A stretch of 64,000 nt of DNA from Burkholderiaceae bacterium (GCA_019751915.1 JAIEMS010000012.1:59582-123581); one strand, 5' to 3'; shown: positions 20,136-30,460, counted from the first letter of the stretch. Notes: generated by a model not told the origin, from the letters alone. Numbers and translations: made by a program.

Positions 20136-21173
20136 ATGACCCTGCTACTGGCCCCGATGGAGGGCTTACTTGATTTTGTGTTGCGCGACGTACTGACCCG
20201 CGTCGGTGGGGTGGACCGCTGCGTCTCGGAATTTATCCGCATCACCGGCACCTTGTTGCCTGACAAGGTATTTTTTCGCTACCTGCCCGAATTGCACCAC
20301 GGTGGCAAAACCCTCTCGGGCACCCCGGTGCGCGCCCAATTGCTCGGCTCTGACCCCACTTGCATGGCCGAGAACGCGGCACGGCTATCGGCCCTCGGCC
20401 CCGAGGGTATCGACCTGAATTTTGGCTGTCCGGCCAAGGTGGTCAACCGCCACGGCGGTGGTGCAGCCCTGTTACAGCAGCCCGAGCGCATTGCTGCGCT
20501 GGTGGCGGCGGTGCGCCGCGCCGTACCCGCACACCTGCCGGTGTCGGCCAAAATGCGGCTGGGTTTTAACGATGCCAGTTTGGCCCGGGAATGCGCCCAA
20601 GCTATGCAAGACGGCGGAGCCTGCGAAATTGTCGTCCATGCCCGCACCAAACAAGACGGCTACCGCCCACCAGCGTATTGGGAGCAAATCCCGGCCATCC
20701 GCGAAGCTGTGCGCGTACCCGTGGTGGCCAACGGCGAGATCTGGACGGTACAAGATGCCCAGCGCTGCCGCGAGGTCTCGGGCTGCGATGCGCTCATGCT
20801 GGGGCGGGGCATGGTCGCTGACCCGGGCTTGGCATGGGCTATTCGGGCCAATGGTGCGGCTCCTGACCCAACCCACCACCATGTGCCGATCGAATGGCCG
20901 GCACTCCTGCCCCATTTGGCCGACTTTTGGCGATTGGTCTGCCAAGAACTAGAACCCCGCCAGCGTGCAGGACGACTCAAGCAGTGGCTGTACCTGCTGC
21001 GCAGGCGTTTTGTCCAAGCCGACATCGCCTACCAACAAGTTCGCACCCTGACCGACCAGCGCGCCATCAGCGTCTGGCTGGCGGCACAAGCAGCCGACGA
21101 ACCGATCTCTGCACCCAAGTTTTCAGGCTTGCACCCACCAGCATGTCAACCAAAACCCATGCCTGCGAATTGA
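20136..21173 (+). CDS. dusC: tRNA-dihydrouridine(16) synthase
   Basis: Starts MTLLLAPMEGLLDFVLRDVL, then DLNFGCPAKVVNRHGGGAALL...VHARTK..., near-collinear with my recollection of E. coli DusC. Confidence 0.9.
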   Translation: MTLLLAPMEGLLDFVLRDVLTRVGGVDRCVSEFIRITGTLLPDKVFFRYLPELHHGGKTLSGTPVRAQLLGSDPTCMAENAARLSALGPEGIDLNFGCPAKVVNRHGGGAALLQQPERIAALVAAVRRAVPAHLPVSAKMRLGFNDASLARECAQAMQDGGACEIVVHARTKQDGYRPPAYWEQIPAIREAVRVPVVANGEIWTVQDAQRCREVSGCDALMLGRGMVADPGLAWAIRANGAAPDPTHHHVPIEWPALLPHLADFWRLVCQELEPRQRAGRLKQWLYLLRRRFVQADIAYQQVRTLTDQRAISVWLAAQAADEPISAPKFSGLHPPACQPKPMPAN

Positions 21174-21197
21174 ACAAGAACCGCCCTTCTTCTTGCC

Positions 21198-22313
21198 ATG
21201 CCCACACCACACCACCGCACCCCCCTGATCGACACCCTCAAGGGCCTGGCCTGCGCCGCCGTGATCTGGCACCACTTGTCGTTTTACGGGCCGATGTCTG
21301 ATGTGGCGCAACCGCTTTTCCCAGTGCTGATTGCGTGGTTTTCCAACCATGGCCGTATGGCGGTACAGGTATTTTTGGTGCTCGGTGGCTATTTGGCGGC
21401 AGCCAGTTTGGCCCCCCACGGGGTGGCACGCTTTGACAGCGCAACCCAAAAAATCGGCCAGCGCTTTGTGCGCTTGGTGATTCCCTATGCTGTGGCACTG
21501 TTGCTAGCGGTGCTGGCTTCGGCTGTAGTGCGGCCTTGGCTCGATCATTCCAGCGTCCCCGATGCCCCCGGCCTGACCCAATTGTTGGCCCATGCCCTGC
21601 TACTGCAAGACGTGGTCGGCGAAGAAGCACTGTCGGCAGGCGTATGGTACGTGGCCATTGATTTTCAATTGTTTGCGCTGGCAGTACTGCTGCTGGCAGG
21701 TGTGCGCCATGTGGCGGGCCAAACAGCCCAAGCGGTAGTGCTCGGGCGGGTGCTGGTATTGACCGGATGTGCCGCGTCGCTGCTGCTGTGGAATCGCTGG
21801 CAACAGGGCGATATGTGGGCACCCTACTTTTGGGGTGCCTATGGCTTGGGCATGGCCGCACACTGGGCCGTGCGTGCGCCGCGTGCCGCACCGTGGCTGC
21901 TGGGCATGGCGGTGCTGGGTGCTGCTGCGCTCACGCTGGAGTTTCGTGGGCGTATTTTGGTGGCACTTTTGACGGCCATGGGGCTGGTCTGGGCCTTGCG
22001 CCAACCTTGGCCGCACGTCTTAGACACCTTGACACGGCCTTGGCAACGGCTCGGACAGATGTCGTATTCCGTGTTTTTACTGCACTTTTCGGTGTGCCTG
22101 CTGGTCAATACCGTCGTCAGCCGACTCTGGCCGCAATCGCCTGCCCTCAATGCGCTCGGGATGCTGGCGGCCTTCGGACTATCGCTGCTGGCGGCAAGAC
22201 CGCTCTACCTGCGCGTTGAACGCCATGTACCCCATTGGACGCTGGCATTGCGCTGGCAGGCCAGCTTGGTTGGCACTGGAATGCTGGTGGCGCTGGCACA
22301 ACACAGCCATTGA
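21198..22313 (+). CDS. Acyltransferase family 3 (O-acyltransferase) integral membrane protein
   Basis: 371 aa, about 10 TM segments, with an N-terminal IDTLKGLACAAVIWHH motif typical of acyltransferase_3. Confidence 0.8.
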   Translation: MPTPHHRTPLIDTLKGLACAAVIWHHLSFYGPMSDVAQPLFPVLIAWFSNHGRMAVQVFLVLGGYLAAASLAPHGVARFDSATQKIGQRFVRLVIPYAVALLLAVLASAVVRPWLDHSSVPDAPGLTQLLAHALLLQDVVGEEALSAGVWYVAIDFQLFALAVLLLAGVRHVAGQTAQAVVLGRVLVLTGCAASLLLWNRWQQGDMWAPYFWGAYGLGMAAHWAVRAPRAAPWLLGMAVLGAAALTLEFRGRILVALLTAMGLVWALRQPWPHVLDTLTRPWQRLGQMSYSVFLLHFSVCLLVNTVVSRLWPQSPALNALGMLAAFGLSLLAARPLYLRVERHVPHWTLALRWQASLVGTGMLVALAQHSH

Positions 22314-22367
22314 ATTGCCAGCGGCGCGGGCACAACGCCCACACCCTTAGGCTATCAACCTACCCCA

Positions 22368-24107
22368 TCATGATCTTTTCGCTGGGGCTTGTGCCACACC
22401 GGATGCACGGCAGGGCGCATAGATGTCTTGCGCTGGCTGGTAGATGGCCGTTTGCACATCCATCAGGCCCAGCACCGAGTGGAAATAAGCATCGTGCGTA
22501 ATACGCCGCTGCGCTAATTCCTTTTGCAAACACCCTGTGGTCATGCCACTGCGCTCTTGCATTGCTGGCGAAAGCCAAGTGATCCAAGGCACATGTTTTT
22601 GTACGTCTGGAGCAATGGCGTAGGGCAAGCCATGCAGGTAAATATTACCTTCCCCCAACGATTCACCATGGTCGGAGACATACACCATCGCCGTCTGGGT
22701 TTGGGTCGCCTGTGCTTGGAGCCATTGGATGGTCGAATGCAGAAAATCGTCGGTCGCTACGATGCTGTTGTCGTAGGCATTGACCACTTGATCTTGGCCG
22801 CACTCTTGCAAAGCATTCGAGGTGCATTCCGGGCCAAAGCGCTTATGCGCCACGTTCGAGCGTTTGTAGTAGGCTGGGCCATGGCTGCCCATTTGGTGCA
22901 TCACCACCACCGTACCACGGGCCCGCTGCTCCGCAGGCAGGGCGGCAAGCCGTGCCTCTAGCCCCTTGAGCATGATGGCATCCAAGCACTCGCCAGCCGG
23001 GCACAACAACGGGTCTCTCAAGTCGGTGGTACTGGCCTGACCCACGCGATCGCACACCCCTTTGCAACCCGATTGATTGTCCAACCACAACACGGCCAAA
23101 CCTGCGTGGTGGAGCACATCCATCAAGTTCTCGAAATTGGTCTTACGCCCCTCAAAACCCTCACGCCCTAAATGCGAAAACATGCACGGTAACGAACTGG
23201 CCGTACTGGTGCCACACGACCACGCATTGGGTGCGCTGACCACATCACGGCGGGCCGATAACAACGGCGTTGTATCGCGCACGTAACCATTCAGGCCAAA
23301 ATTACCACTGCGTGCCGTCTCGCCCACAACCAGCACTAACAGCGGTGGTTTGGCTTGGCCGACATAGCTGGCCCCTAATTTGGCATCGCGGCCCACAGGC
23401 ATCAGCGTGCTGGAGTCAAGCCGCAAAGGCTTGGTGGCAATATGCCCGAGTGCATAAATACTGTTGAGCGGATTGATCAGGTAGCGCAGCTGGGTGTGGT
23501 TGCGCATCGTTGAAGCAAAGTCCTGAAACACCAGCAGCAAACTAGCGACCAACACCACCACCGCCACCAACAACAGCAGTATGTTGTGCCCAATCTGGCG
23601 CAAAGTACCCAAACGCCGCACGGAACACCGCCGCAACCACCACAACGGTGGCCCTGCCAACACCAACACGGTCACCAACATACGCCAATTGAGCAAATCA
23701 CCCGCCTCACGCACGTCTGTTTGAAACACATTGGTCAGCATAGTGGCATCGATCACGATGCCATAGCTCAACATAAAGTAAGCGCCAAAGGCCGCCATCA
23801 ACACCACCAGCACCAGTACCGGTTTCAGCGCCCGCCCCCAAGCCAGCAGACTCAGCAGCGCCACATTGCCCGCTGCAATAATGACGGCAAAAGCCAATTC
23901 AAAAAACCAAGCACGCAGGCCGGTGTTCCCGGGCAGTGAGGCGACTTCACGCCACAACGGTACATTGCACACCGTCGCCAGCCAAACGCTGGTCAGTAGC
24001 ACTAACCACGCTGGATGCAGTGTCTTAGGGGCAGAAGATACGACAGCCAAAGAAACATGGCTCCGTGCGAAAAGGAAGGGCAGCCAACGCTGCAAAATAT
24101 CGGGCAT
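22368..24107 (-). CDS. eptA: Phosphoethanolamine--lipid A transferase (EptA/PmrC/MCR family)
   Basis: Five N-terminal TM helices plus a sulfatase-like periplasmic domain. Contains VVGETARSGNF, the nucleophile motif WSCGTSTASSLPCMFS, and VVMHQMGSHGPAY...YVSDHGESLGE. I prefer ATG 24107; the ORF-track start 24149 is a TTG. Confidence 0.9.
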   Translation of the reverse strand: MPDILQRWLPFLFARSHVSLAVVSSAPKTLHPAWLVLLTSVWLATVCNVPLWREVASLPGNTGLRAWFFELAFAVIIAAGNVALLSLLAWGRALKPVLVLVVLMAAFGAYFMLSYGIVIDATMLTNVFQTDVREAGDLLNWRMLVTVLVLAGPPLWWLRRCSVRRLGTLRQIGHNILLLLVAVVVLVASLLLVFQDFASTMRNHTQLRYLINPLNSIYALGHIATKPLRLDSSTLMPVGRDAKLGASYVGQAKPPLLVLVVGETARSGNFGLNGYVRDTTPLLSARRDVVSAPNAWSCGTSTASSLPCMFSHLGREGFEGRKTNFENLMDVLHHAGLAVLWLDNQSGCKGVCDRVGQASTTDLRDPLLCPAGECLDAIMLKGLEARLAALPAEQRARGTVVVMHQMGSHGPAYYKRSNVAHKRFGPECTSNALQECGQDQVVNAYDNSIVATDDFLHSTIQWLQAQATQTQTAMVYVSDHGESLGEGNIYLHGLPYAIAPDVQKHVPWITWLSPAMQERSGMTTGCLQKELAQRRITHDAYFHSVLGLMDVQTAIYQPAQDIYAPCRASGVAQAPAKRS

Positions 24108-24218
24108 AGCCCGAATTCTCCATGCTTTGGCTGAAAGACGGCTGAACAAATCACCACTCTCTGGGTGAATTAAGCACTTTTCACCCAGTTTTCTATATTG
24201 CGATGCTGTTCACAGAAC

Positions 24219-24243
24219 GAAAAAACCCGCCAAAAGGCGGGCT
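24219..24243 (-). terminator. Rho-independent terminator downstream of gltA
   Basis: Minus strand reads GCCCGCC-UUUU-GGCGGGU followed by UUUUUU. A second GC hairpin (GGGGTGC/GCACCCC) lies at 24258-24279. Confidence 0.8.
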
Positions 24244-24285
24244 TGGTGTGATCTAACGGGGTGCTGTTCAAGGCACCCCAAGCGA

Positions 24286-25596
24286 TCAACGTGCCGTCAG
24301 AGGCGGCACGTCACGGCGCACAGAGCCGGTAAACAACTGGCGTGGACGGCCAATTTTGTATTCTGGGTCGCTGATCATTTCGTTCAATTGGGCAATCCAG
24401 CCGACGGTGCGGGCCAGTGCAAAAATGCCTGTGAACAAATTGACCGGGATACCCATCGCGCGCTGCACGATGCCGGAGTAGAAATCAACGTTCGGGTAGA
24501 GCTTGCGCTGCACGAAGTAGTCGTCTTCGAGGGCAATCTTTTCCAACGCTTTGGCGAGCTTGAACAATGGATCGTTTTCAAGACCGAGTTCAGCCAAAAC
24601 TTCGTCGCAAGTTTCTTGCATGAGCTTGGCGCGTGGGTCGTAGTTTTTGTAAACACGGTGACCAAAACCCATCAGCTTCACGCCGGAATTCTTGTCTTTG
24701 ACCTTTTCCATGAACTCGCCAACTTTAGACACACCGCCTTGGCGCTGGATGTCTTCGAGCATGTTCAAGCAAGCTTCATTGGCACCACCGTGGGCAGGGC
24801 CCCACAAACAAGCAACACCAGCAGAGATGGCAGCAAACGGGTTAGTGCCCGAAGAACCGCACAAACGCACCGTTGAGGTCGATGCGTTTTGTTCATGGTC
24901 AGCGTGCAAGATGAAGATGCGATCCAAAGCGCGTTCGAGCACTGGATTGACCTTGTATTCTTCGCACGGCGTACCGAACATCATCCGCAGGAAGTTGCCT
25001 GCATAGCTCAGGTTGTTTTGTGGGTACATGTAAGGCTCGCCCTTACCGTACTTGTAGGCCATTGCAACCAAGGTCGGCATCTTGGCAATCAAGCGAATCG
25101 CGGCGATGTCGCGGTGTGCTGGATTGTTGATATCGGTGCTGTCGTGGTAGAAAGCCGACATAGCGCCGACCAAACCTGTCAGCACAGCCATCGGATGCGC
25201 ATCGCGACGGAAACCGCGCAAGAAGAATTGCATCTGCTCGTTGACCATAGTGTGGTCGAGCACCAGCTTGTGAAAGTCAGAGCGCTGGCCTGCATTAGGC
25301 AGTTCGCCCTTCAGCAGCAAATAACAGGTATCGAGGTAATCGCACTGCGTCGCCAATTGTTCGATAGGGTAGCCACGGTAGAGCAACTCGCCCTTGTCGC
25401 CATCAATGTAAGTGATGGCCGACTGGCAAGCAGAGGTCGACAGGAAACCGGGGTCATAAGTAAACATGCCCGTTTGTGCATACAACTTGCGGATGTCGAT
25501 GACATCCGGCCCGATGTTGCCCTGGTATACGGGCAGGTCCACGCTGGGGCTGCCATTGGAGAACGACAGGGTGGCTTTGTTGTCAGCTAACTTCAT
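24286..25596 (-). CDS. gltA: Citrate synthase (type II, hexameric)
   Basis: 436 aa, starting [12 protein letters not shown], then [14 protein letters not shown]... Confidence 0.96.
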   Translation of the reverse strand: MKLADNKATLSFSNGSPSVDLPVYQGNIGPDVIDIRKLYAQTGMFTYDPGFLSTSACQSAITYIDGDKGELLYRGYPIEQLATQCDYLDTCYLLLKGELPNAGQRSDFHKLVLDHTMVNEQMQFFLRGFRRDAHPMAVLTGLVGAMSAFYHDSTDINNPAHRDIAAIRLIAKMPTLVAMAYKYGKGEPYMYPQNNLSYAGNFLRMMFGTPCEEYKVNPVLERALDRIFILHADHEQNASTSTVRLCGSSGTNPFAAISAGVACLWGPAHGGANEACLNMLEDIQRQGGVSKVGEFMEKVKDKNSGVKLMGFGHRVYKNYDPRAKLMQETCDEVLAELGLENDPLFKLAKALEKIALEDDYFVQRKLYPNVDFYSGIVQRAMGIPVNLFTGIFALARTVGWIAQLNEMISDPEYKIGRPRQLFTGSVRRDVPPLTAR

Positions 25597-25647
25597 TGTT
25601 ACTTTCCTTGGGTAGGTTGCCGATGGTCAGGGCTGGGGGCTGTGAAT

Positions 25648-25968
25648 TCAGCGCGACTGCACCGCTGCACTACCACCTTGGCGCAGCATGCCGAGCACTT
25701 CACGCACTTCTTCGGAGTCCAACGCCGCCTCTGGTTCACGTCGCCGTAGCAACAGATCCAGAAGATCGTTGTCCCCCAAATCCATCAACGCCAGCAAGCC
25801 CGTAGCATGGCGTTGGGTTAATTGAGGCTCAAAGCGGGTGAAAAACTGTTCGATGAACAGATCGTTCTCCAGCAGGCCACGCCGACAGCGCCAATGCAGC
25901 TTACTCAGCGCGCGCTCATCAAGCAGCGGCGAAGCCGCTGCATCGGAGGGAATGAAAGTTTCACCCAT
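25648..25968 (-). CDS. sdhE: FAD assembly factor SdhE (succinate dehydrogenase assembly factor 2)
   Basis: Contains LHWRCRRGLLENDLFIEQFF (RGxxE motif family). Positioned between sdhB and gltA. Confidence 0.85.
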   Translation of the reverse strand: MGETFIPSDAAASPLLDERALSKLHWRCRRGLLENDLFIEQFFTRFEPQLTQRHATGLLALMDLGDNDLLDLLLRRREPEAALDSEEVREVLGMLRQGGSAAVQSR

Positions 25969-25986
25969 GACTGTGAGCGAAGTAGG

Positions 25987-26691
25987 TCAGATGGCGCGAC
26001 GCACCATCAGTTCCTTGATCTTGCCAATGGCGCGCGTGGGGTTCAGACCCTTAGGACACACGTCCACGCAGTTCATGATGGTATGGCAGCGGAACAAGCG
26101 GTAAGGGTCTTCGAGGTTATCGAGACGCTGGGCCGTAGCATCATCGCGGCTGTCAGCGATGAAGCGGTAGGCTTGCAGCAAACCAGCCGGGCCAACGAAC
26201 TTGTCGGGATTCCACCAGAAGCTCGGGCAGCTCGTCGAGCAGCTCGCGCACAAAATGCACTCGTACAGGCCGTTGAGTTCTTCGCGTTCTTCGGGCGACT
26301 GCAAGCGCTCTTTGTCAGGCAACAAACCTTCATTAATCAAGTAAGGCTTGATCGAGTTGTATTGCTTGAAGAACTGCGTCATGTCCACGATCAGGTCGCG
26401 AATGACTGGCAGACCCGGCAGCGGCTTGAGCACGATCGTGCCGGGCAGCGTATTCATGTTGGTCAAACAAGCCAAGCCGTTCTTACCGTTGATGTTCATG
26501 GCATCGGAGCCACACACACCTTCACGGCAGGAGCGACGGAACGACAACGTAGGGTCTTGCTCCTTGAGCTTGACCAGTGCGTCCAGCAGCATGCGTTCGT
26601 TGCCATCGAGAGCGATCTCGACAGTCTGCATGTAAGGCTTGGCATCCTTGTCCGGATCGTAGCGGTAGATTTGGAATGTGCGTTTTTGCAT
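25987..26691 (-). CDS. sdhB: Succinate dehydrogenase iron-sulfur subunit
   Basis: 234 aa with [27 protein letters not shown] and [14 protein letters not shown] cluster motifs. Confidence 0.96.
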   Translation of the reverse strand: MQKRTFQIYRYDPDKDAKPYMQTVEIALDGNERMLLDALVKLKEQDPTLSFRRSCREGVCGSDAMNINGKNGLACLTNMNTLPGTIVLKPLPGLPVIRDLIVDMTQFFKQYNSIKPYLINEGLLPDKERLQSPEEREELNGLYECILCASCSTSCPSFWWNPDKFVGPAGLLQAYRFIADSRDDATAQRLDNLEDPYRLFRCHTIMNCVDVCPKGLNPTRAIGKIKELMVRRAI

Positions 26692-26717
26692 GGTTCTTCT
26701 CTCGGGGGGCTACTGGT

Positions 26718-28526
26718 TTAGAACGTGCGAACCTTGGGTGGCACGCTGTCCACGGTCAAAGGCTTGAGGTTGACCGGCTTGTAGTCCAAACGGCTGCCTT
26801 CGCTGTACCACAGGGTGTGCTTGAGCCATTCCTTGTCGTTACGACCCAGTGGGAATTCGGCGTGATCGGCATCGTGCTCGTAGTCATACACAGTGTGGGC
26901 ACCACGGCACTCGGTACGGGCAGCAGCAGAAACCATCGTGGCCTGTGCGACTTCGATCAAGTTGTCAACTTCGAGCGCTTCAATACGGGCCGTATTGAAC
27001 ACCTTCGATTTGTCTTTGAGGGTGACTTGCGCCACGCGGCTGCGAATTTCAGCGATCTTTTTGACACCTTCGTTCATGCTCGCTTGGGTGCGGAACACGC
27101 CAGCGTGTTGCTGCATCGAAGTACGGATGTCACCTGCCAAGGCTTGCGCGTAGATACCATCGTTCGACTTATCGAGCTGGTTCAGGCGCTCCAAAGTACG
27201 GTCGGCGGCATCCTTGGGCAGGGGCTTGTGCTCCTTATTTTTGTTATTGAATTCAACGATGTGGCGGCCTGCGGCCTTACCAAACACCAACAAATCCAAC
27301 AGCGAATTGGTACCCAAACGGTTAGCACCGTGAACGCTGACACAGGAACATTCGCCAACGGCATACAATCCGTTGATGACCGAGTTGTGAATGCCATTGG
27401 CCTGCGTAACCACTTGACCATGAATGTTGGTCGGCACACCGCCCATTTGGTAATGGATGGTAGGAACCACAGGAATCGGTTCTTTAGTGATATCGACATT
27501 GGCGAAATTAACGCCAATTTCGTACACCGAAGGCAAGCGCTTGTGGATGGTGTCAGCACCCAAGTGGTCGAGCTTCAGGAGCACATAGTCCTTGTTCGGG
27601 CCACAACCACGACCTTCTTTGATTTCCTGGTCCATCGAACGGGACACAAAGTCGCGCGGAGCCAAATCCTTCAGGGTGGGAGCGTAGCGCTCCATGAAGC
27701 GTTCGCCATTGCTGTTGAGCAAAATAGCGCCTTCGCCACGGCAACCTTCGGTCAACAACACACCGGCACCGGCAACGCCAGTGGGGTGGAACTGCCAAAA
27801 TTCCATGTCTTGCAAAGGAATGCCGGCACGGGCGGCCATGCCCAAACCATCACCTGTGTTGATAAAGGCGTTGGTAGAAGCGGCAAAAATACGACCAGCA
27901 CCACCAGTAGCGAGCAGCACGGTTTTGGCTTCCAAAACGTACAAATCGCCGGTTTCCATTTCCAGCGCTGTCACGCCCACCACGTCGCCATCGGCATCAC
28001 GGATCAGGTCAAGGGCCATCCATTCAACGAAGAAATTCGTTTTGGCCTTGACGTTTTGCTGGTACAGCGTGTGCAGCATAGCGTGACCAGTACGGTCAGC
28101 CGCAGCGCAAGCACGTTGCACAGGTTTTTCACCGTAGTTGGCGGTATGACCACCAAAAGGACGCTGGTAAATCGTGCCGTCAGGGTTGCGGTCGAACGGC
28201 ATACCAAAGTGTTCGAGTTCGTACACGACCTTGGGTGCTTCGCGGCACATGAATTCGATGGCATCTTGGTCGCCCAGCCAATCAGAACCCTTGATGGTGT
28301 CGTAGAAGTGGTAGTGCCAGTTGTCCTCAGACATATTGCCCAGCGAAGCAGAAACACCGCCTTGCGCGGCCACTGTATGGCTGCGGGTGGGGAACACTTT
28401 GGACAGCGAGGCCACGTTCAGGCCAGCGCGAGAGAGTTCGAGGGCGGCGCGCATGCCGGAGCCGCCGGCACCGACGATGACAACGTCGAATTTGCGCTTA
28501 GTGATGTTAGCGTTGGTATAGCTCAT
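26718..28526 (-). CDS. sdhA: Succinate dehydrogenase flavoprotein subunit
   Basis: 602 aa with VVIVGAGGSGMRAAL, SHTVAAQGG (FAD-His) and HGANRLGTNSLLDL. Confidence 0.97.
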   Translation of the reverse strand: MSYTNANITKRKFDVVIVGAGGSGMRAALELSRAGLNVASLSKVFPTRSHTVAAQGGVSASLGNMSEDNWHYHFYDTIKGSDWLGDQDAIEFMCREAPKVVYELEHFGMPFDRNPDGTIYQRPFGGHTANYGEKPVQRACAAADRTGHAMLHTLYQQNVKAKTNFFVEWMALDLIRDADGDVVGVTALEMETGDLYVLEAKTVLLATGGAGRIFAASTNAFINTGDGLGMAARAGIPLQDMEFWQFHPTGVAGAGVLLTEGCRGEGAILLNSNGERFMERYAPTLKDLAPRDFVSRSMDQEIKEGRGCGPNKDYVLLKLDHLGADTIHKRLPSVYEIGVNFANVDITKEPIPVVPTIHYQMGGVPTNIHGQVVTQANGIHNSVINGLYAVGECSCVSVHGANRLGTNSLLDLLVFGKAAGRHIVEFNNKNKEHKPLPKDAADRTLERLNQLDKSNDGIYAQALAGDIRTSMQQHAGVFRTQASMNEGVKKIAEIRSRVAQVTLKDKSKVFNTARIEALEVDNLIEVAQATMVSAAARTECRGAHTVYDYEHDADHAEFPLGRNDKEWLKHTLWYSEGSRLDYKPVNLKPLTVDSVPPKVRTF

Positions 28527-28548
28527 TATTTGCCTTCAGTCGCGGGAA

Positions 28549-28920
28549 TCAGAGACGCCACAAAATCTGGATGCCCCAGCCAGCATTGCCGACCAGCCAG
28601 ACAATGGTGAAAACTTGGAGTACCAAGCGCACACCCACAGGCTGGATGTAATCCATGAAGATGTCGCGCACACCAACCCAGACGTGCCAAGCCAGTGCAA
28701 TGATGATGGAAAAAGTCAGCACTTTCATCCATTGGCTGGAGAAAATACCGGCCCACAGTGCGTATCCGACAGGGCCTTTGGTAAAAATCACTTGGGCCAG
28801 CACTACCAAGGTGAACAGCGCCATCAAACCGGCTGTCACGCGCTGGCTAAGCCAGTCGCGCAAACCATAGTGGGCACCCACAACGATACGCTTAGAGCCG
28901 TAATTTACGGACATAGTCAT
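28549..28920 (-). CDS. sdhD: Succinate dehydrogenase hydrophobic membrane anchor subunit
   Basis: 123 aa, three TM helices, in operon position. Confidence 0.9.
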   Translation of the reverse strand: MTMSVNYGSKRIVVGAHYGLRDWLSQRVTAGLMALFTLVVLAQVIFTKGPVGYALWAGIFSSQWMKVLTFSIIIALAWHVWVGVRDIFMDYIQPVGVRLVLQVFTIVWLVGNAGWGIQILWRL

Positions 28921-28972
28921 TTCCTCTCAAATCGATAAAGATGCAGTCACACACGACCACACCGTCGGTGTA

Positions 28973-29410
28973 TCAGTAAAGGCCAAAAAACAACTTGGCG
29001 CCCAACACTACCGCCAAGGCAATGCTCACGACCAACGTAGCTACGGCAGAAGTTTTGCCAAATTCCTTGGTCACGGCATCGTGGTTGGTGTCCATCCACA
29101 GATGGCGCAAACCAGCAATCAGGTGGTGCAAGTAAGCCCAGATCAGGGCCAAAACCACGAGTTTGACAAACCAACCGGGGATAAAGCCTAAACCGACACT
29201 AAACGCTGCTGTGAACCGGCCAAAGGAAATTTCCGAAGACACAGAGGTATCGAACATCCAGAGGATAAAAGGAAGCAACAAGAACATGATCACACCGCTG
29301 GCACGGTGCAGGATCGAGACCCATGCAGCCGGAGCCATGCGGTAGGTCGTCAGGTCCTTGAAGGCGTTGATATTGCGGAATTCAGGCCGCTTTTTGGCTA
29401 ACTCTGTCAT
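28973..29410 (-). CDS. sdhC: Succinate dehydrogenase cytochrome b556 subunit
   Basis: 145 aa with SILHRASGV (heme His), three TM helices, in operon position. Confidence 0.9.
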   Translation of the reverse strand: MTELAKKRPEFRNINAFKDLTTYRMAPAAWVSILHRASGVIMFLLLPFILWMFDTSVSSEISFGRFTAAFSVGLGFIPGWFVKLVVLALIWAYLHHLIAGLRHLWMDTNHDAVTKEFGKTSAVATLVVSIALAVVLGAKLFFGLY

Positions 29411-29553
29411 GGAAAGTGCTTTCGTGGATGTAACTACTGTGTAATTTCGTGCAGACGGGAAGGCAAAATTCTATTGCAATGCAGCAAGTCGGCGTTTGAG
29501 ATACTGTGTATTTTCGGCGTTTTGCTCTTGTATTGACCATTGCAAGGTGTCTG

Positions 29554-30357
29554 TCAGCTTAATTCGTTGCGGTAATGGTGCGTATCTGTGCGGTAAAGGC
29601 CACGGCGTAACTCCATAGGAACATCGTTGTAGGTGTAGGCTAAACGCTCCACACTCAACAGGGGGGTAAATGGCGTGACTTCCAAAAGGTTTGCCTGCTC
29701 TGCATCAGGTAAAACCGCGCGGAGTTTTTCTTCTGCCCGCACCATGCGAACGCCAAAATCAAGCTCTAGCATGGCATAGGTGGGGCCGGGATAGTTGGCC
29801 ATTTGCGCCGCAGTCAACCCCTTAAAGGCCTGCCCAGGTAGCCAAATATCTTCCAAAATAGTGGGGACACCACCGAAGGACAAAATGCGCCGTGCCTGAA
29901 CCACAGAGTCGCCCGTGCGCAGCCCCAGTGTTCGGGCAACCTCAGCGCTGGCACGAACACGCTTGCAGTCAATAATGTGGCGCTGCGCGGGGCCTTCGAC
30001 GCTGGCATCGCCGCTGTCAGGAAGCAGCTTCAAAAAACGGTACTGCACGTGCTGCTCGGCATGGGTGGCAACAAAGGTGCCCTTACCTTGGCGGCGCACG
30101 ACCAAGTTCTCAGCGGCCAATTCGTCGATGGCTTTTCGCACCGTTCCTTGGCTCACCCGAAAGCGCGCAGCCAAATCCATCTCGCTCGGAATGGATTCGC
30201 CGGGCTTCCATTCGCCGGCCTGTAGGCTCTGCAGAATCAGTCCCTTAATCTGTTGGTACAGCGGACTGAACGCTGGCGCAGGCAACCCCACCATGCCAGA
30301 TGGCAGTGTCAGGGCTTCAGGGGCGGAAGGGGTTAAGGCAGACATAGGACGCAACAA
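29554..30357 (-). CDS. GntR family transcriptional regulator (HutC-type, UTRA effector domain)
   Basis: Winged helix PSEMDLAARFRVSQGTVRKAIDELA plus a UTRA-like C-terminus. It lies upstream of sdhCDAB, as is common in Burkholderiales. The start may be the internal MSAL (30345). Confidence 0.88.
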   Translation of the reverse strand: MLRPMSALTPSAPEALTLPSGMVGLPAPAFSPLYQQIKGLILQSLQAGEWKPGESIPSEMDLAARFRVSQGTVRKAIDELAAENLVVRRQGKGTFVATHAEQHVQYRFLKLLPDSGDASVEGPAQRHIIDCKRVRASAEVARTLGLRTGDSVVQARRILSFGGVPTILEDIWLPGQAFKGLTAAQMANYPGPTYAMLELDFGVRMVRAEEKLRAVLPDAEQANLLEVTPFTPLLSVERLAYTYNDVPMELRRGLYRTDTHHYRNELS

Positions 30358-30407
30358 ACGCAGCTATGAAGCTAGTGTCAAACACAGCACAGCGCGCCCG
30401 CATCATA

Positions 30408-30419
30408 TCTTATATAAGA
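30408..30419. promoter_or_regulatory. Perfect 12-bp palindrome TCTTATATAAGA; candidate GntR operator in the gntR/mdh divergent region
   Basis: The sequence is self-complementary. It is followed by the direct repeat ATAAGAC ATAAGAC and lies 12 nt upstream of the predicted mdh -35 box. Confidence 0.4.
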
Positions 30420-30430
30420 CATAAGACAAA

Positions 30431-30460
30431 TTGACGCAGCACAGGAATCAACGGTAGAAT
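30431..30460 (+). promoter_or_regulatory. Sigma-70-like promoter upstream of mdh
   Basis: TTGACG (30431-30436), an 18-nt spacer, then TAGAAT (30455-30460). This would give a 5' UTR of about 90 nt. Confidence 0.5.

Noticed and set aside
26577-28610. 677-aa ORF on the + strand
   Set aside because: It is antisense to sdhA and sdhB, which are unambiguous. It is a high-GC shadow ORF.
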